Source: Nitrospirales bacterium (GTDB lineage Bacteria; Nitrospirota; Nitrospiria; Nitrospirales; UBA8639). Taken from it: a DNA stretch of 64,000 bases. A model generated the notes under the pieces. It was given only the letters and a program-made list of their open reading frames with translations, was not told where the DNA came from and searched no databases. How positions within the stretch are numbered: the stretch's first letter is position 1; each line of letters opens with the position of its first letter. Made by a program: the position numbers and the translations under genes. Positions 31,625-41,088 of this stretch are shown here, one piece after another. Location: NCBI GenBank assembly GCA_963422365.1, contig OY729426.1, positions 384,001 to 448,000 on the forward strand, read 5' to 3'.

Positions 31625-32710
31625 ATGATCTATCTCAACTACGCCGCCCTGTGCCCAACCAATCCGGACACCGACAGGGAAGTTCACCGTACACTTGCAG
31701 AATTCAAACGGTATTTGTATTCCGATGCCGGCATTGAGTGGTACCTTGACAAGGTTCATGATTGTCGGCAAAAAGTCGGCACCCTGTTACATGTGGATGA
31801 TCCTTCGACCATCGCGTTTACCACGAATGCCTCCACCGCACACTACCTCACGCTTTCTTCTTTGAAATGGGAACGGGGCGATACCATTCTCACCACCACG
31901 CACGAAAACCCTTCCATTACGAGACAGCTTTGTGCGCTTGAACGCAATGGAGTCCACATTCATGCCGTCGGACCGGCCTCCCCAGAAACGTTTCTGAATG
32001 TGCTGCAAGAACAGTTCGACGAGCCCGGCGTCAAAGCCATCGTGCTGAGCCATGTGTCGCACGTTGACGGGCGTGTCTTCCCGGTCAGTGAAGTGGCCTC
32101 ATTGGCCAGAGCAAGACAGTGCTTGGTTATCATCGACGGGGCTCAAGCCGTTGGCCACATCCCGGTTGATCTGAATGCGCTCGATTTCGACAGCTATTTT
32201 TTTACCGGACACAAGTGGTGTGAAGGCCCGCTCGGTACGGGAGCAATGGTGGTGCGTGAAGGACTATTTACGCATCCTCGCTACCACGCGATTGAAGGAA
32301 AACACCAAGGTCGGTGTCCAGCATTCCAATTTGAAATCGGGACGCACAACATCGGGCTCATTGGGGGGCTCGCCAAAGCCTGCGAACAACAGCCGCGGAG
32401 AAGCAAAGCCGAACCACAGCCGACCTTTCGAGAAACGGCAAAGGAACTGCTGGGCGGGCCTCCACATTGTCATTTCATGGAATGGCAGGGCCCTCATGCC
32501 CCCGGCATCCTCACGTTGCAAGGAGCGGATGACCTGGATCATGGGCTCTTTGCCAAACGGCTTGCATCCGAATTGGGGATTATCGTGAAACCCTTTCTAG
32601 ACTATCCGGAAGGTGACGCGCCTGCGATTCGGCTGTCAGGGCCTTCGACGATGAATCAACAGGATTTTCAGAAAGGCGTTTCAAAGATTGCGCAACGACT
32701 CGGGGGCTAA
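31625..32710 (+). CDS. class V PLP-dependent enzyme, probable C-S lyase (EgtE/Egt2-like)
   Basis: YLNYAA, HENPS, DGAQAVGH, TGHKW; no SufS/IscS catalytic-Cys motif seen; follows egtD. Confidence 0.75.
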   Translation: MIYLNYAALCPTNPDTDREVHRTLAEFKRYLYSDAGIEWYLDKVHDCRQKVGTLLHVDDPSTIAFTTNASTAHYLTLSSLKWERGDTILTTTHENPSITRQLCALERNGVHIHAVGPASPETFLNVLQEQFDEPGVKAIVLSHVSHVDGRVFPVSEVASLARARQCLVIIDGAQAVGHIPVDLNALDFDSYFFTGHKWCEGPLGTGAMVVREGLFTHPRYHAIEGKHQGRCPAFQFEIGTHNIGLIGGLAKACEQQPRRSKAEPQPTFRETAKELLGGPPHCHFMEWQGPHAPGILTLQGADDLDHGLFAKRLASELGIIVKPFLDYPEGDAPAIRLSGPSTMNQQDFQKGVSKIAQRLGG

Positions 32711-32833
32711 CCTCTCTGTATTTGGGTGGCATCTCATTCTGCCCAGAAGACGGGGCCATGAACCATGTCCCTGTCTCCGTGTAGCTGCCGCATCTCATGC
32801 GGCCCTGTACGGGCACCGCATGTGCAAACGCCG

Positions 32834-33646
32834 TCAGGATGCATCTTCGCCCTGGCGGTTTAATCGTTCCTCTAATCGTCGCAAGGCCTTCTGGGTTGAA
32901 CGAAGGTCGCGTAAGATTTCTTCTCGCGAGACGGGTTGCTCCAGTTCTCGAAGGCGTTCAGCCTTGGCTTCTTCCAGATTGTTGAGCACCACTGCGATAA
33001 AGAGATTGATCACCACAAACGTCCCGACCACCACAAAGCTGACAAAATACATCCAGGCCAGCGGATGCAATTCCATGGCGGTATACATCATGTCCGTCCA
33101 ATCTTCCAACGTCACGACACGAAACAATGACAACAGAGAAATGCCCAAACTTCGCCAATGGATGGGATCATGTTCGTGAAACAGCTGGTAGCCCGTAATC
33201 GCATAAATATAAAAGATGATGCTCATCAGGAGCATGACGTGTCCCATACTCGGGATCGAGCGCACGAGTGTCGAGACAATCAGGCGCAATTCCTGAATGG
33301 TGGAAATCAACCGCAGGACTCGCAATAACCGAGCCAGCCTGGCGATCATGGCATACTCCCCGGTCGCAGGAAGCAGCGAGAACACAATCACCGAACAATC
33401 GAAGACATTCCACCCATCCCGAAAATATCGATCAATCTGCGGGGCCACGGCTATCATCTTGAAGGCGGCTTCGAGAATGAACACGGCCAACACGATGTGA
33501 TTCCCCAGATGCATCCATTCTCCATATCGACGAACCAACGCAGGAGACGTCTCCATGCCCAACAACGCCCCGTTCCCGATAATGAGCGCGACAATCACAT
33601 ATTCAAAACCAGGAGCACCGACCAGCCGTTGCGCGAACTGTTTCAT
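32834..33646 (-). CDS. bacterial voltage-gated cation channel (BacNav family)
   Basis: S4 RLARLLRVLRL, filter TLEDWTD, S6 INLFIAVV, C-terminal coiled coil. Confidence 0.93.
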   Translation of the reverse strand: MKQFAQRLVGAPGFEYVIVALIIGNGALLGMETSPALVRRYGEWMHLGNHIVLAVFILEAAFKMIAVAPQIDRYFRDGWNVFDCSVIVFSLLPATGEYAMIARLARLLRVLRLISTIQELRLIVSTLVRSIPSMGHVMLLMSIIFYIYAITGYQLFHEHDPIHWRSLGISLLSLFRVVTLEDWTDMMYTAMELHPLAWMYFVSFVVVGTFVVINLFIAVVLNNLEEAKAERLRELEQPVSREEILRDLRSTQKALRRLEERLNRQGEDAS

Positions 33647-33762
33647 CGTCTGTGACCTTTACCTGAGGGAATCCCCGTGCAATGAAAAAAATAAACAGCG
33701 GGAGGTCCCTGAGAACCAGGGACTCTTACCTTACCCCACCCGACGTTGTCTGAGCCGATGCC

Positions 33763-33794
33763 TGTCATTCCCCCGGGTTTTAGCGGGAATCCAG
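33763..33794. repeat. GTCATTCC..GGAATCCAG REP-like palindrome
   Basis: TGTCATTCCCCCGGGTTTTAGCGGGAATCCAG; degenerate relatives at 4225-4258 and 27755-27788. Confidence 0.5.
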
Positions 33795-33808
33795 AAAGAA
33801 AACTTGCC

Positions 33809-34720
33809 TTACCCCAGCCCATACCGGCTCAGTCGATCCTCTACAACATGATCCCGGAGCAAGGAGTCAAGCTGAAGATCATATCCCTCTGCTTGGACAA
33901 AGGCCTCCCGAGGAATTAACCCCACCAACTCGCTGCGCGCCACGGCCACACCTCGAAGAGCGGCCTCTCGTTTCACCGCGTCAAAAGCTACGTGAATGGG
34001 CGTGTGGCGATAGTTCGTCAAATTCATCGACACCTGCACGGATCCTTGACTTGTCAGTTCCAGCCCGATGGCCTTGACGGCAGGGAGGCCTCCATTCGCG
34101 GCGCGAAGGGTGTGAGCAATCGTCTGCGCGAGAGACAACTCTCGACTCTGCAACATCACATTGAAGGCAATCAGCGGGAAGCGCGCACCCACGGCAAGCA
34201 CGCCTGTGGTCGGGTGTAGTTGGCCGGGACCGAAATCCGGGACCCACGCCGGATCCGTCTGCATGCGTTTCATCAAAGCCTCCAGCCCACCTTTCCGAAT
34301 CTGTTCTAATCGCTTTCGAAAGGGTCGATTACAGGCTTCCTCATAGAGAAAAACCGGTATCCGAAGGTCCTGTCCAATGCGAGCACCGACCTGCCGAGCG
34401 AGTTGGACGCATTGGTCCATGGTCGAGCCTGACAGCGGAATAAATGGCAAGACATCACACACCCCGAGACGAGGGTGCTGGCCCACGTGATTCTTCAGGT
34501 TGATCAATGCCGAAGCCTTGGCCACCACCGAAAAAGCGGCTTCTTCCACCGCCTCAAAAGACCCGGCAACGGTCAGGACGCATCGGTGGTGGTCCATGTC
34601 CTGGTGCTGGTCAAGCAGGGAAACCCCTTGAACCGAGGCAAGCGCGTTCTTGAGTTTCTCGATCACCCCCGGATTACGCCCTTCACTAAAATTGGGAACA
34701 CTCTCGACTATGCCAGTCAT
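33809..34720 (-). CDS. ftcD: glutamate formimidoyltransferase
   Basis: ESVPNFSEGR, HPRLGVCDVLPF, GARFPLIAFN, QVSMNL, SELVGL. Confidence 0.93.
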   Translation of the reverse strand: MTGIVESVPNFSEGRNPGVIEKLKNALASVQGVSLLDQHQDMDHHRCVLTVAGSFEAVEEAAFSVVAKASALINLKNHVGQHPRLGVCDVLPFIPLSGSTMDQCVQLARQVGARIGQDLRIPVFLYEEACNRPFRKRLEQIRKGGLEALMKRMQTDPAWVPDFGPGQLHPTTGVLAVGARFPLIAFNVMLQSRELSLAQTIAHTLRAANGGLPAVKAIGLELTSQGSVQVSMNLTNYRHTPIHVAFDAVKREAALRGVAVARSELVGLIPREAFVQAEGYDLQLDSLLRDHVVEDRLSRYGLG

Positions 34721-34747
34721 AGCCCTGTTTACTGAAATCGTGCTTTG

Positions 34748-34777
34748 TTGACAACCCCCAAAAGGGGATATTATAGT
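34748..34777 (+). promoter_or_regulatory. sigma70 promoter with C-tract/G-tract inverted repeat in the spacer
   Basis: TTGACA-ACCCCCAAAAGGGGATAT-TATAGT upstream of dsrE/tusA. Confidence 0.6.
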
Positions 34778-34851
34778 CAAAACTACTGACAGTTTTTCAT
34801 GTTCACAAGCATCAAGCTCTAACCCTCTAGCCGCTCAGAACAGGTGATCCT

Positions 34852-35382
34852 ATGACGATGACGCAAGTCGAACCCGCGACGACCCTTGCCGAGCTTCAAG
34901 AATCCAAACCGGATCGGGTGACCATTGTGCTCCTGAGTGGCGAGATGGACAAGGCCATGGCCGCCTTTATCATTGCCACAGGGGCCGCGGCCATGGGCAT
35001 GCGCGTCACGATGTTTTTTACGTTCTGGGGCTTGAACGTGATTCGCAAACCCGGCGCCACGAGTGCAGCCAAAGACGTTTTGCGCAAGGCCTTCGGCTGG
35101 CTCAACAAAGGCGGTGCCGACGGCCTTCCTCTGTCCAGGTTTAATTTCGGCGGGATGGGCACCACGATGATGAAAAAAGTCATGCGAGCCAATCACATGC
35201 CTGAAGTGCCGGAATTGATCGAAACCGCCCAGGACCTCGGCGTCACCATGATCGCCTGTACCACGACGCTGGGCTTGTTGGGCATTTCAAAGGAAACCTT
35301 GATCGACGGCGTGGATCAACTCGCCGGTGTCTCAACCTACCTCGCGGAAGCCAAGGACGGCTCAGTGAATTTGTTTATTTGA
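34852..35382 (+). CDS. DsrE/DsrF/DrsH-like (DsrE2-type) sulfur carrier
   Basis: SGEMDK, MFFTFWGL, LSRFNFGGMG, IACTTT. Confidence 0.88.
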   Translation: MTMTQVEPATTLAELQESKPDRVTIVLLSGEMDKAMAAFIIATGAAAMGMRVTMFFTFWGLNVIRKPGATSAAKDVLRKAFGWLNKGGADGLPLSRFNFGGMGTTMMKKVMRANHMPEVPELIETAQDLGVTMIACTTTLGLLGISKETLIDGVDQLAGVSTYLAEAKDGSVNLFI

Positions 35383-35439
35383 GCAACACAACGCAAGTCT
35401 TCGCTTCTCCCCTTGAGGGAGGGAAGGGTGAGGGGAATT

Positions 35440-35685
35440 ATGATCGAATACGATATCACACTCGATACGCTGGGGTACTTCTGCCCCATGCCCATTATTC
35501 TTACCTCCAAAAAAATGAAAGAACTCACCACAGGCCAGGTCCTCGAAGTCCTCTCCGACGACGAAGGGATTAAAAAAGACATGCCCGCCTGGTGTCAAAC
35601 CACCGGCCACGAATGGGTCGGGCTCGAAGAGGAAGAGACGGATCCCAAAACAGTATATAAGGTCTACGTAAAAAAGGCCAAATAG
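35440..35685 (+). CDS. tusA: TusA family sulfurtransferase
   Basis: LDTLGYFCPMP, GQVLEVLSDD, DMPAWC. Confidence 0.9.
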   Translation: MIEYDITLDTLGYFCPMPIILTSKKMKELTTGQVLEVLSDDEGIKKDMPAWCQTTGHEWVGLEEEETDPKTVYKVYVKKAK

Positions 35686-35890
35686 AGTCTCCCGCCAGAT
35701 TTCTGCATTTCGAGAGCACTGATCAAGGATCATCGGATCAAGGAGTGCATAGTCAAGTAGATAAGTCCTGATAAGATCTTAAGGTCGTATGAAGAATAAA
35801 ACGACATTCAATTTGTCGTACACTCTCCCGCAACAATGCTTGAGATGCATCCTAAGCCGACCAAGAAAGACCTAGGGAGGCATCCTAGGG

Positions 35891-35925
35891 TTTTTATTGA
35901 CCAATAAAAAAGGCCAACCTAAGAT
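35891..35925 (+). promoter_or_regulatory. sigma70 promoter with palindrome over the -35 box
   Basis: TTTTTATTG-AC-CAATAAAAA (35891-35910) contains TTGACC; TAAGAT lies 17 bp downstream. Confidence 0.55.
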
Positions 35926-36005
35926 GGAAGAAATTCAAGGGCAGGAATAGCCTGCCTCCTTATCAACTTTCCTTGATAATTCCCATCGGAAAGGAGCCAG
36001 TCGCT

Positions 36006-37154
36006 ATGCAAAAGGACATGCACTACTTCGGCACCTATGCCATGGCCCGGGCTGCTGGTCTGTCACCGCAGGCGTGCCAGACCATTGCAACGGCGGCCGA
36101 GTTCGTTGACGACAATGGGGATAAGAAAACCATCGAGTTCCCGGACGGCGGACGTCTCGATTTCGTACCCACAGCACACCATACGATGGATATCAAGAAC
36201 ATAGACCATCACGATCAACGCCTCATCTGGGTTCCATTTCACTTTATCCCTGGCAACCAAGGCAGGGTGATGTCCGAACGCTTCTTGTGCCGGAAGGACA
36301 GCGAGATTGCTCGTGAGATGATCGAACACAATCTGTCTCTGGCCGACAAACCGTTCGGCCTCTACCTCGCCGGTATCTCGGCGCACGTCTATGCCGATAC
36401 CTTTTCGCACTATGGCTTCTCCGGCGTGAGTTCGCGCTGGAACCGGGTCGACTCGTCGTCGTTCGAGTTCATCGAAGTCGATCCGAAGATTGAGAGTTAT
36501 ATTAAGGAAAAAGCGAAGCACTTTCGAAAAAAATACGGTCGGGAAATTGGTCGGCTTCCCAATTTTCGCAACCCGGAGAAATGGAACGATCATCTGTCGA
36601 ACGTGATTTCGAAACTCAAGGACCGTTTTATGAGTGACGTTGCTGAAAAACTATCCGGGGCACTTGGGCACGCCGCGGTGATGACCTATCCCGACCGCCC
36701 GTATCTTCGATGGCGGTTCAACTATGAATATCCTGGAACGCGATCATCAGGGCTTCGGGACAACCCCGCCACGTTCCTTGAAGCTTGCGAGAACATGCAC
36801 GGCATGTTCCGCGGTCTCGGCGAGCACTACCAAGACGCAAGGCAAGACGAAGGTCGGCAGTTTGATGAAATTCGAGAAGTCGTCACGCAAATTCTCGCTA
36901 TGCAGGCACCGCGCAAGGACCGAGAAGCGGCTTGGAAAAACGCCGCCAAGGACGGAAGGCTATTCTCCGCAGCCGAGAACATTCGGCCTTACCAGGGTTC
37001 TCAATGGAAGAAAGGGCTCGAGAGCTTGAGGAAGGCCACGGACTCGCGCAAAGCCATCGAGAAGCCGATCTTCCGTTTCTACCAAGCGGCCGCAACACAT
37101 CGGACTTTCGTGCTTCGTGATCTTTTGCCGAAGTATGGGTTGGTGGTCGATTGA
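36006..37154 (+). CDS. DUF6765-like hypothetical protein, putative metal-dependent hydrolase
   Basis: MQKDMHYFGTY, FVDD, WVPFHFIPG, HVYADTFSH, LGH..YPDRPY; AAGGAG RBS. Confidence 0.75.
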   Translation: MQKDMHYFGTYAMARAAGLSPQACQTIATAAEFVDDNGDKKTIEFPDGGRLDFVPTAHHTMDIKNIDHHDQRLIWVPFHFIPGNQGRVMSERFLCRKDSEIAREMIEHNLSLADKPFGLYLAGISAHVYADTFSHYGFSGVSSRWNRVDSSSFEFIEVDPKIESYIKEKAKHFRKKYGREIGRLPNFRNPEKWNDHLSNVISKLKDRFMSDVAEKLSGALGHAAVMTYPDRPYLRWRFNYEYPGTRSSGLRDNPATFLEACENMHGMFRGLGEHYQDARQDEGRQFDEIREVVTQILAMQAPRKDREAAWKNAAKDGRLFSAAENIRPYQGSQWKKGLESLRKATDSRKAIEKPIFRFYQAAATHRTFVLRDLLPKYGLVVD

Positions 37155-37176
37155 CCTGTTTATGAAAACAGGTCAA
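37151..37176. other. perfect 11-bp inverted repeat at the gene end
   Basis: TTGACCTGTTT-ATGA-AAACAGGTCAA overlapping the TGA stop. Confidence 0.7.
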
Positions 37177-37313
37177 AGCCATGCCGCAGGACGATAAGAA
37201 CCACACCGGTTCGAATAATAACAGGGCAAAGGCGGAGATGGCCTTGAACAGGCTAGGTCTGACCGAAAATTGAAAAATCCTTCTATCTTTCTAGTGGGTA
37301 GGGATTCTAAGCA

Positions 37314-37790
37314 TTAACTGTGCTTTTGTTTTTCTAATGCTACCCATTCCTTGACAAGTTTCGGTAGCCTTTCAATAATCTCGTATCCAAACAGAACTTC
37401 ATCCACGTAACCCATATGTAACATATCTACTATCCTGCATAGATAGGACTTGCCACATTCCCACCATGTATAGTGGGAATCAATTATAAGGTAGTACAAA
37501 ACCTTTATATTTTCGTGCTCATGAAGTTCTTCTAATTCCATCCCATCTAGCAAGGTTTCATAGACTCCATCCGCAACCCTGCTACCGAAGGTTGTTGTGT
37601 GGTAATACTCCTTGATTTCCCATATGGCAACTGGGTTAACCGCACCAGGAAATGCAGCATCAACCCTTCGAGCAAGAGTGCGTAATGGTGCGCCATTAAA
37701 AGTAACAGTGGTCAATTCACTTGTGTCATAATGCGCAACGCATTCCTTCAGCGTTTGCTTCGACAAGCATATTAATAATTTCAGTTAAAT
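37314..37790 (-). pseudogene. C-terminal half of a putative type II restriction endonuclease
   Basis: RRVDAAFP..IWEIKEYY (D..ExK); no credible start; AT-rich; back-to-back with an MTase remnant. Confidence 0.6.
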
Positions 37791-38308
37791 ATGCATGTGC
37801 CATTTTTCCCCCTTTTAGGGCTTGCTACGGGGGAGTTGTAAGGTTCCGCAAGCAAGATGGATGGATGTCAACTCCATGGGGTGCACATCAACCAGAAGAT
37901 TTTAACAACCGTACAAATCTATGGCACGATAGAGTTCAGCACATCCAGTTTGAACTAATGGGTTACAAGGATGCTATGCATAAGGCACAAAAAGCAGACA
38001 TGATTGATTGTGACCCACCGTATAAACATAGTCAGGCAATTTTGTATGGTGGTCAGGACTTCAAATTAGAAGAACTTTTTGAAGAAATAGAATACTGCAA
38101 AAACCGTGGCGTGTATGTTGCTTTGAGTCTTGATGAAACAAAGAAGTCGGGAAAGATGGTTTGTGACCTTTCTAGTCCTGATGGAATATTTGAAGAAGAA
38201 ATTTATGTCAACCGGGGCAGGTCAATGCTAAAACGTTTTCAAATGGGTGGTCAGACCCTTGAAAGTGAAGTGGTTGCAGATAGGCTTTTACTTACCTATC
38301 TGTTGTAA
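37791..38308 (+). pseudogene. C-terminal half of a Dam/D12-class adenine methyltransferase
   Basis: DMIDCDPPY, ACYGGVVRF; SAM-binding N-terminal half absent. Confidence 0.7.
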
Positions 38309-39229
38309 GACTAACTTGGTTTCCTCCGCACCTTCTCCATTCTGAAGGATTCTGCAAGTTTGGTATCTGTTCATTAGTGCTGACAGCGCCTTCGTTAGTT
38401 CTGCCTTATCTTTCAAGGCTTGTGACAACCGATCAGACCGTTCGCCTAGTACAACCCTAACGCTTCCCGCCAATTCCAGGCATCGCTCATCAGTGAACGC
38501 ATGCACGCCCTCGCTTAAGGCAGCAGGTAAGAGCGATATTGGACGGTGACCATTTATGAGCAAGCTCTCAGGCATTGCATCTTTTTGCCATATCTAATGC
38601 CTTACTGAATTGTGTTTCTGTTATGGCTGATTTTAATTTTTCAATCTTGTCTTCCTGTTGCCCCAATTTTTTAGACACCTTAACGATTTCGTCAAGAATA
38701 CGATTTTTCTGATTTTCACCAACTCTTCGAGAATATATGAATGCGCCAACTCCCAAACCTTGATTTTCACGCATCCTTCCTTTTAAGAATGCATCACGGT
38801 CCGGGCCAATGAGTTTAATTAACTTTGGTGAGACAGGTGAGCCATATGTTGGTCGCTCGCCGAATGTACAACACGTTCCTTGAGGTCTGGTATTGGCATC
38901 AAGCTTGGCTGCAAGCAAGAATGTTTTTCAACACATTGGCAATTTGAACAGCGATATGTAACATAGAAAAACTCGTGATTTTTGCTCTTCAATTGATTCG
39001 TTCCGCCTGATATGCACCGGAAGAACCGTACTCCATTGCATTTCTCATGACCACAGTGCATCCGTATTTCTGGTGTATGCATTGGGCTCAAGAGGCTATA
39101 GGGGTCTTGTTTCGATATTGAGAGATCCGAGACGTGGATGAGTTGATTCGGCGGAGTACTCTCAAGAAACTCAGCAATCGTTTGATATCGAATTTCTTCT
39201 TTTACTGCATCTGTATTGTTGTCAGACAA
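38288..39229 (-). pseudogene. hypothetical protein broken into three ORFs (HEPN/DUF4145-like tail)
   Basis: Overlapping ORFs 38819-39229, 38568-38918 and 38288-38575 read as one protein with two frameshifts; Cys pairs, then YSRRVGE and LSEGVH. Confidence 0.6.
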
Positions 39230-39398
39230 TTTGGTTCCTCTTGAATCGAATGAGTTCCGCTACCCACACAAGCAAGTGAAACATAGTGTGGTGAGTCCAG
39301 CCAAGTGGCTTTTTTGCCGTCATTAGAAGAGGGGGCAGACCACGGTTTCTATAAAATCCTCATAGGATTAGCATCCTGTTATCGACCTACGGAAATAA

Positions 39399-39494
39399 TC
39401 GGCTATTTCCAGAATTGAAAATCATGCCGAAGATATTCGCTTGTCCACTTTAGAAAAATTTGCATCCGCACTCGGACGTAGGCTTGAAATATCA
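39399..39494 (+). pseudogene. XRE helix-turn-helix fragment
   Basis: [31 protein letters not shown] with no start codon. Confidence 0.65.
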
Positions 39495-39564
39495 AGACAA
39501 GGAGGTCTGCAAGGGGGAATAATCGTTCTGCCTATTCTTCTGAGCCAGCAACGTTCGTAGGGGG

Positions 39565-41061
39565 CTATCCGCCCACCAAGGCCGTCACCGCAGGGACTGC
39601 AGCCGTGGGAGCATCCACATTCGAGAACATCAACGTGGAGGCCACGGCCCAGTCGATGAAGGGTTTGGGGTAGATGCCGAGAAGCAGGGTGCCGGCGATA
39701 CTTACGAAAATAACGGCTTTCAGTGGGGTTGATACCGAGAGCGGCGTGGGATCGGTGGGTTCGTTGATATACATTTTTTTGACCACGACCAGGTAGTAGT
39801 ACAGGGAGATGACGATATTGATCAGCCCGACGATTAACAGCGTGTAAAGTTCTTGTTCGATCGCTGCAACAAAAAGATAAAGTTTTCCAATGAATCCCGC
39901 GAGCGGTGGCACACCGGCGAGTGACAACAGAAAGAGCAGCATGGCGGCCGCGAGAAACGGAGATCGTCGATTCAACCCATTGTAATCTTCAATCTCATTG
40001 CTTTTGATCAGATTGCTGACGCCAATGACGACGGCAAAGGCGCCTAAGTTGGCAAACAGGTAGGTGAGCAAATAAAAGAGCATCGCATCACTGCCTTGTT
40101 TGGTCCCAGCCGCCAGTCCGATCATGACGTTGCCGATTTGAGCAATACCGGAATAGGCGAGTAATCGTTTAATGTTCTTCTGAGCGATGGCCACGATGTT
40201 GCCATAGGTCATGGACAAGATGGAGGCCACGATAAACAAGAGTACCCACATGGGTTTAAATGTCACGAGCGCGACGTAGAACATTCGAAGAAGAATGGCC
40301 AACGCCGCACCTTTCGGCGCGATCGACAGAAAAGCGGTGATGGGGGTGGGAGCCCCCTGATAGGTATCGGGAATCCAAGAGTGAAAAGGGACGGCGCCAA
40401 TTTTAAAGCCTAAGGCGGCAAAGATCATGAGAAAGCCAATGGCTAACCCATAGCTGCCGGACATCGACACCATCTCGGAAAACACCAGCGTTCCCGTCTC
40501 TCCATAGACAAGACTGATTCCATACGCGAGTAACCCCGCAGCGAACACGCCCAAGATAAAGAACTTGAGCCCCGCTTCGTTGGATTTCTGATCTTCCCGC
40601 AGATAGGCCACCAAAACGTAAAAACCGAAGGTGGAAAATTCCAACGTGACGAATACGGAGAGTAGGTCTTGCGCCGAGGCCATACACATCATGCCCAAGG
40701 CCGACATCATGACCAGAAAGTAATATTCGCCTCTAAAAAACTTGAATGACTTGACGTAATCGATCGAAGCCAGCACGACCAGCGCCGTGGCAATCAAAAC
40801 AAAAATCTTAAAGAAGATCGCCACCCCATCCAGGACAAACATGTCTTGAAACAGCGCGCCCTGGACTCCGGTGTAATCAAACCAGATCAGATGAATGAGC
40901 GTGACGATGATGCCCCCCACACTCAGGTAGGCCAGGGTTTTGTGATCGATATGTTGAAAGGTAAAGTCGACGGCCAACACCACACACAACCAGATGGTGA
41001 GGAAAATCTCAGGTGCCAGGAGGAGGAGGTCTGAGCCCGATAAAGTGAGATTAAACGTCAC
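39565..41061 (-). CDS. nuoN: NADH-quinone oxidoreductase subunit N
   Basis: EAGLKFF, FKIGAVPFHSWIPDTYQGAP, IKRLLAYSGI. Confidence 0.95.
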   Translation of the reverse strand: MTFNLTLSGSDLLLLAPEIFLTIWLCVVLAVDFTFQHIDHKTLAYLSVGGIIVTLIHLIWFDYTGVQGALFQDMFVLDGVAIFFKIFVLIATALVVLASIDYVKSFKFFRGEYYFLVMMSALGMMCMASAQDLLSVFVTLEFSTFGFYVLVAYLREDQKSNEAGLKFFILGVFAAGLLAYGISLVYGETGTLVFSEMVSMSGSYGLAIGFLMIFAALGFKIGAVPFHSWIPDTYQGAPTPITAFLSIAPKGAALAILLRMFYVALVTFKPMWVLLFIVASILSMTYGNIVAIAQKNIKRLLAYSGIAQIGNVMIGLAAGTKQGSDAMLFYLLTYLFANLGAFAVVIGVSNLIKSNEIEDYNGLNRRSPFLAAAMLLFLLSLAGVPPLAGFIGKLYLFVAAIEQELYTLLIVGLINIVISLYYYLVVVKKMYINEPTDPTPLSVSTPLKAVIFVSIAGTLLLGIYPKPFIDWAVASTLMFSNVDAPTAAVPAVTALVGG

Positions 41062-41088
41062 GACTGGGTACGGTTTTTCAACATCAGG

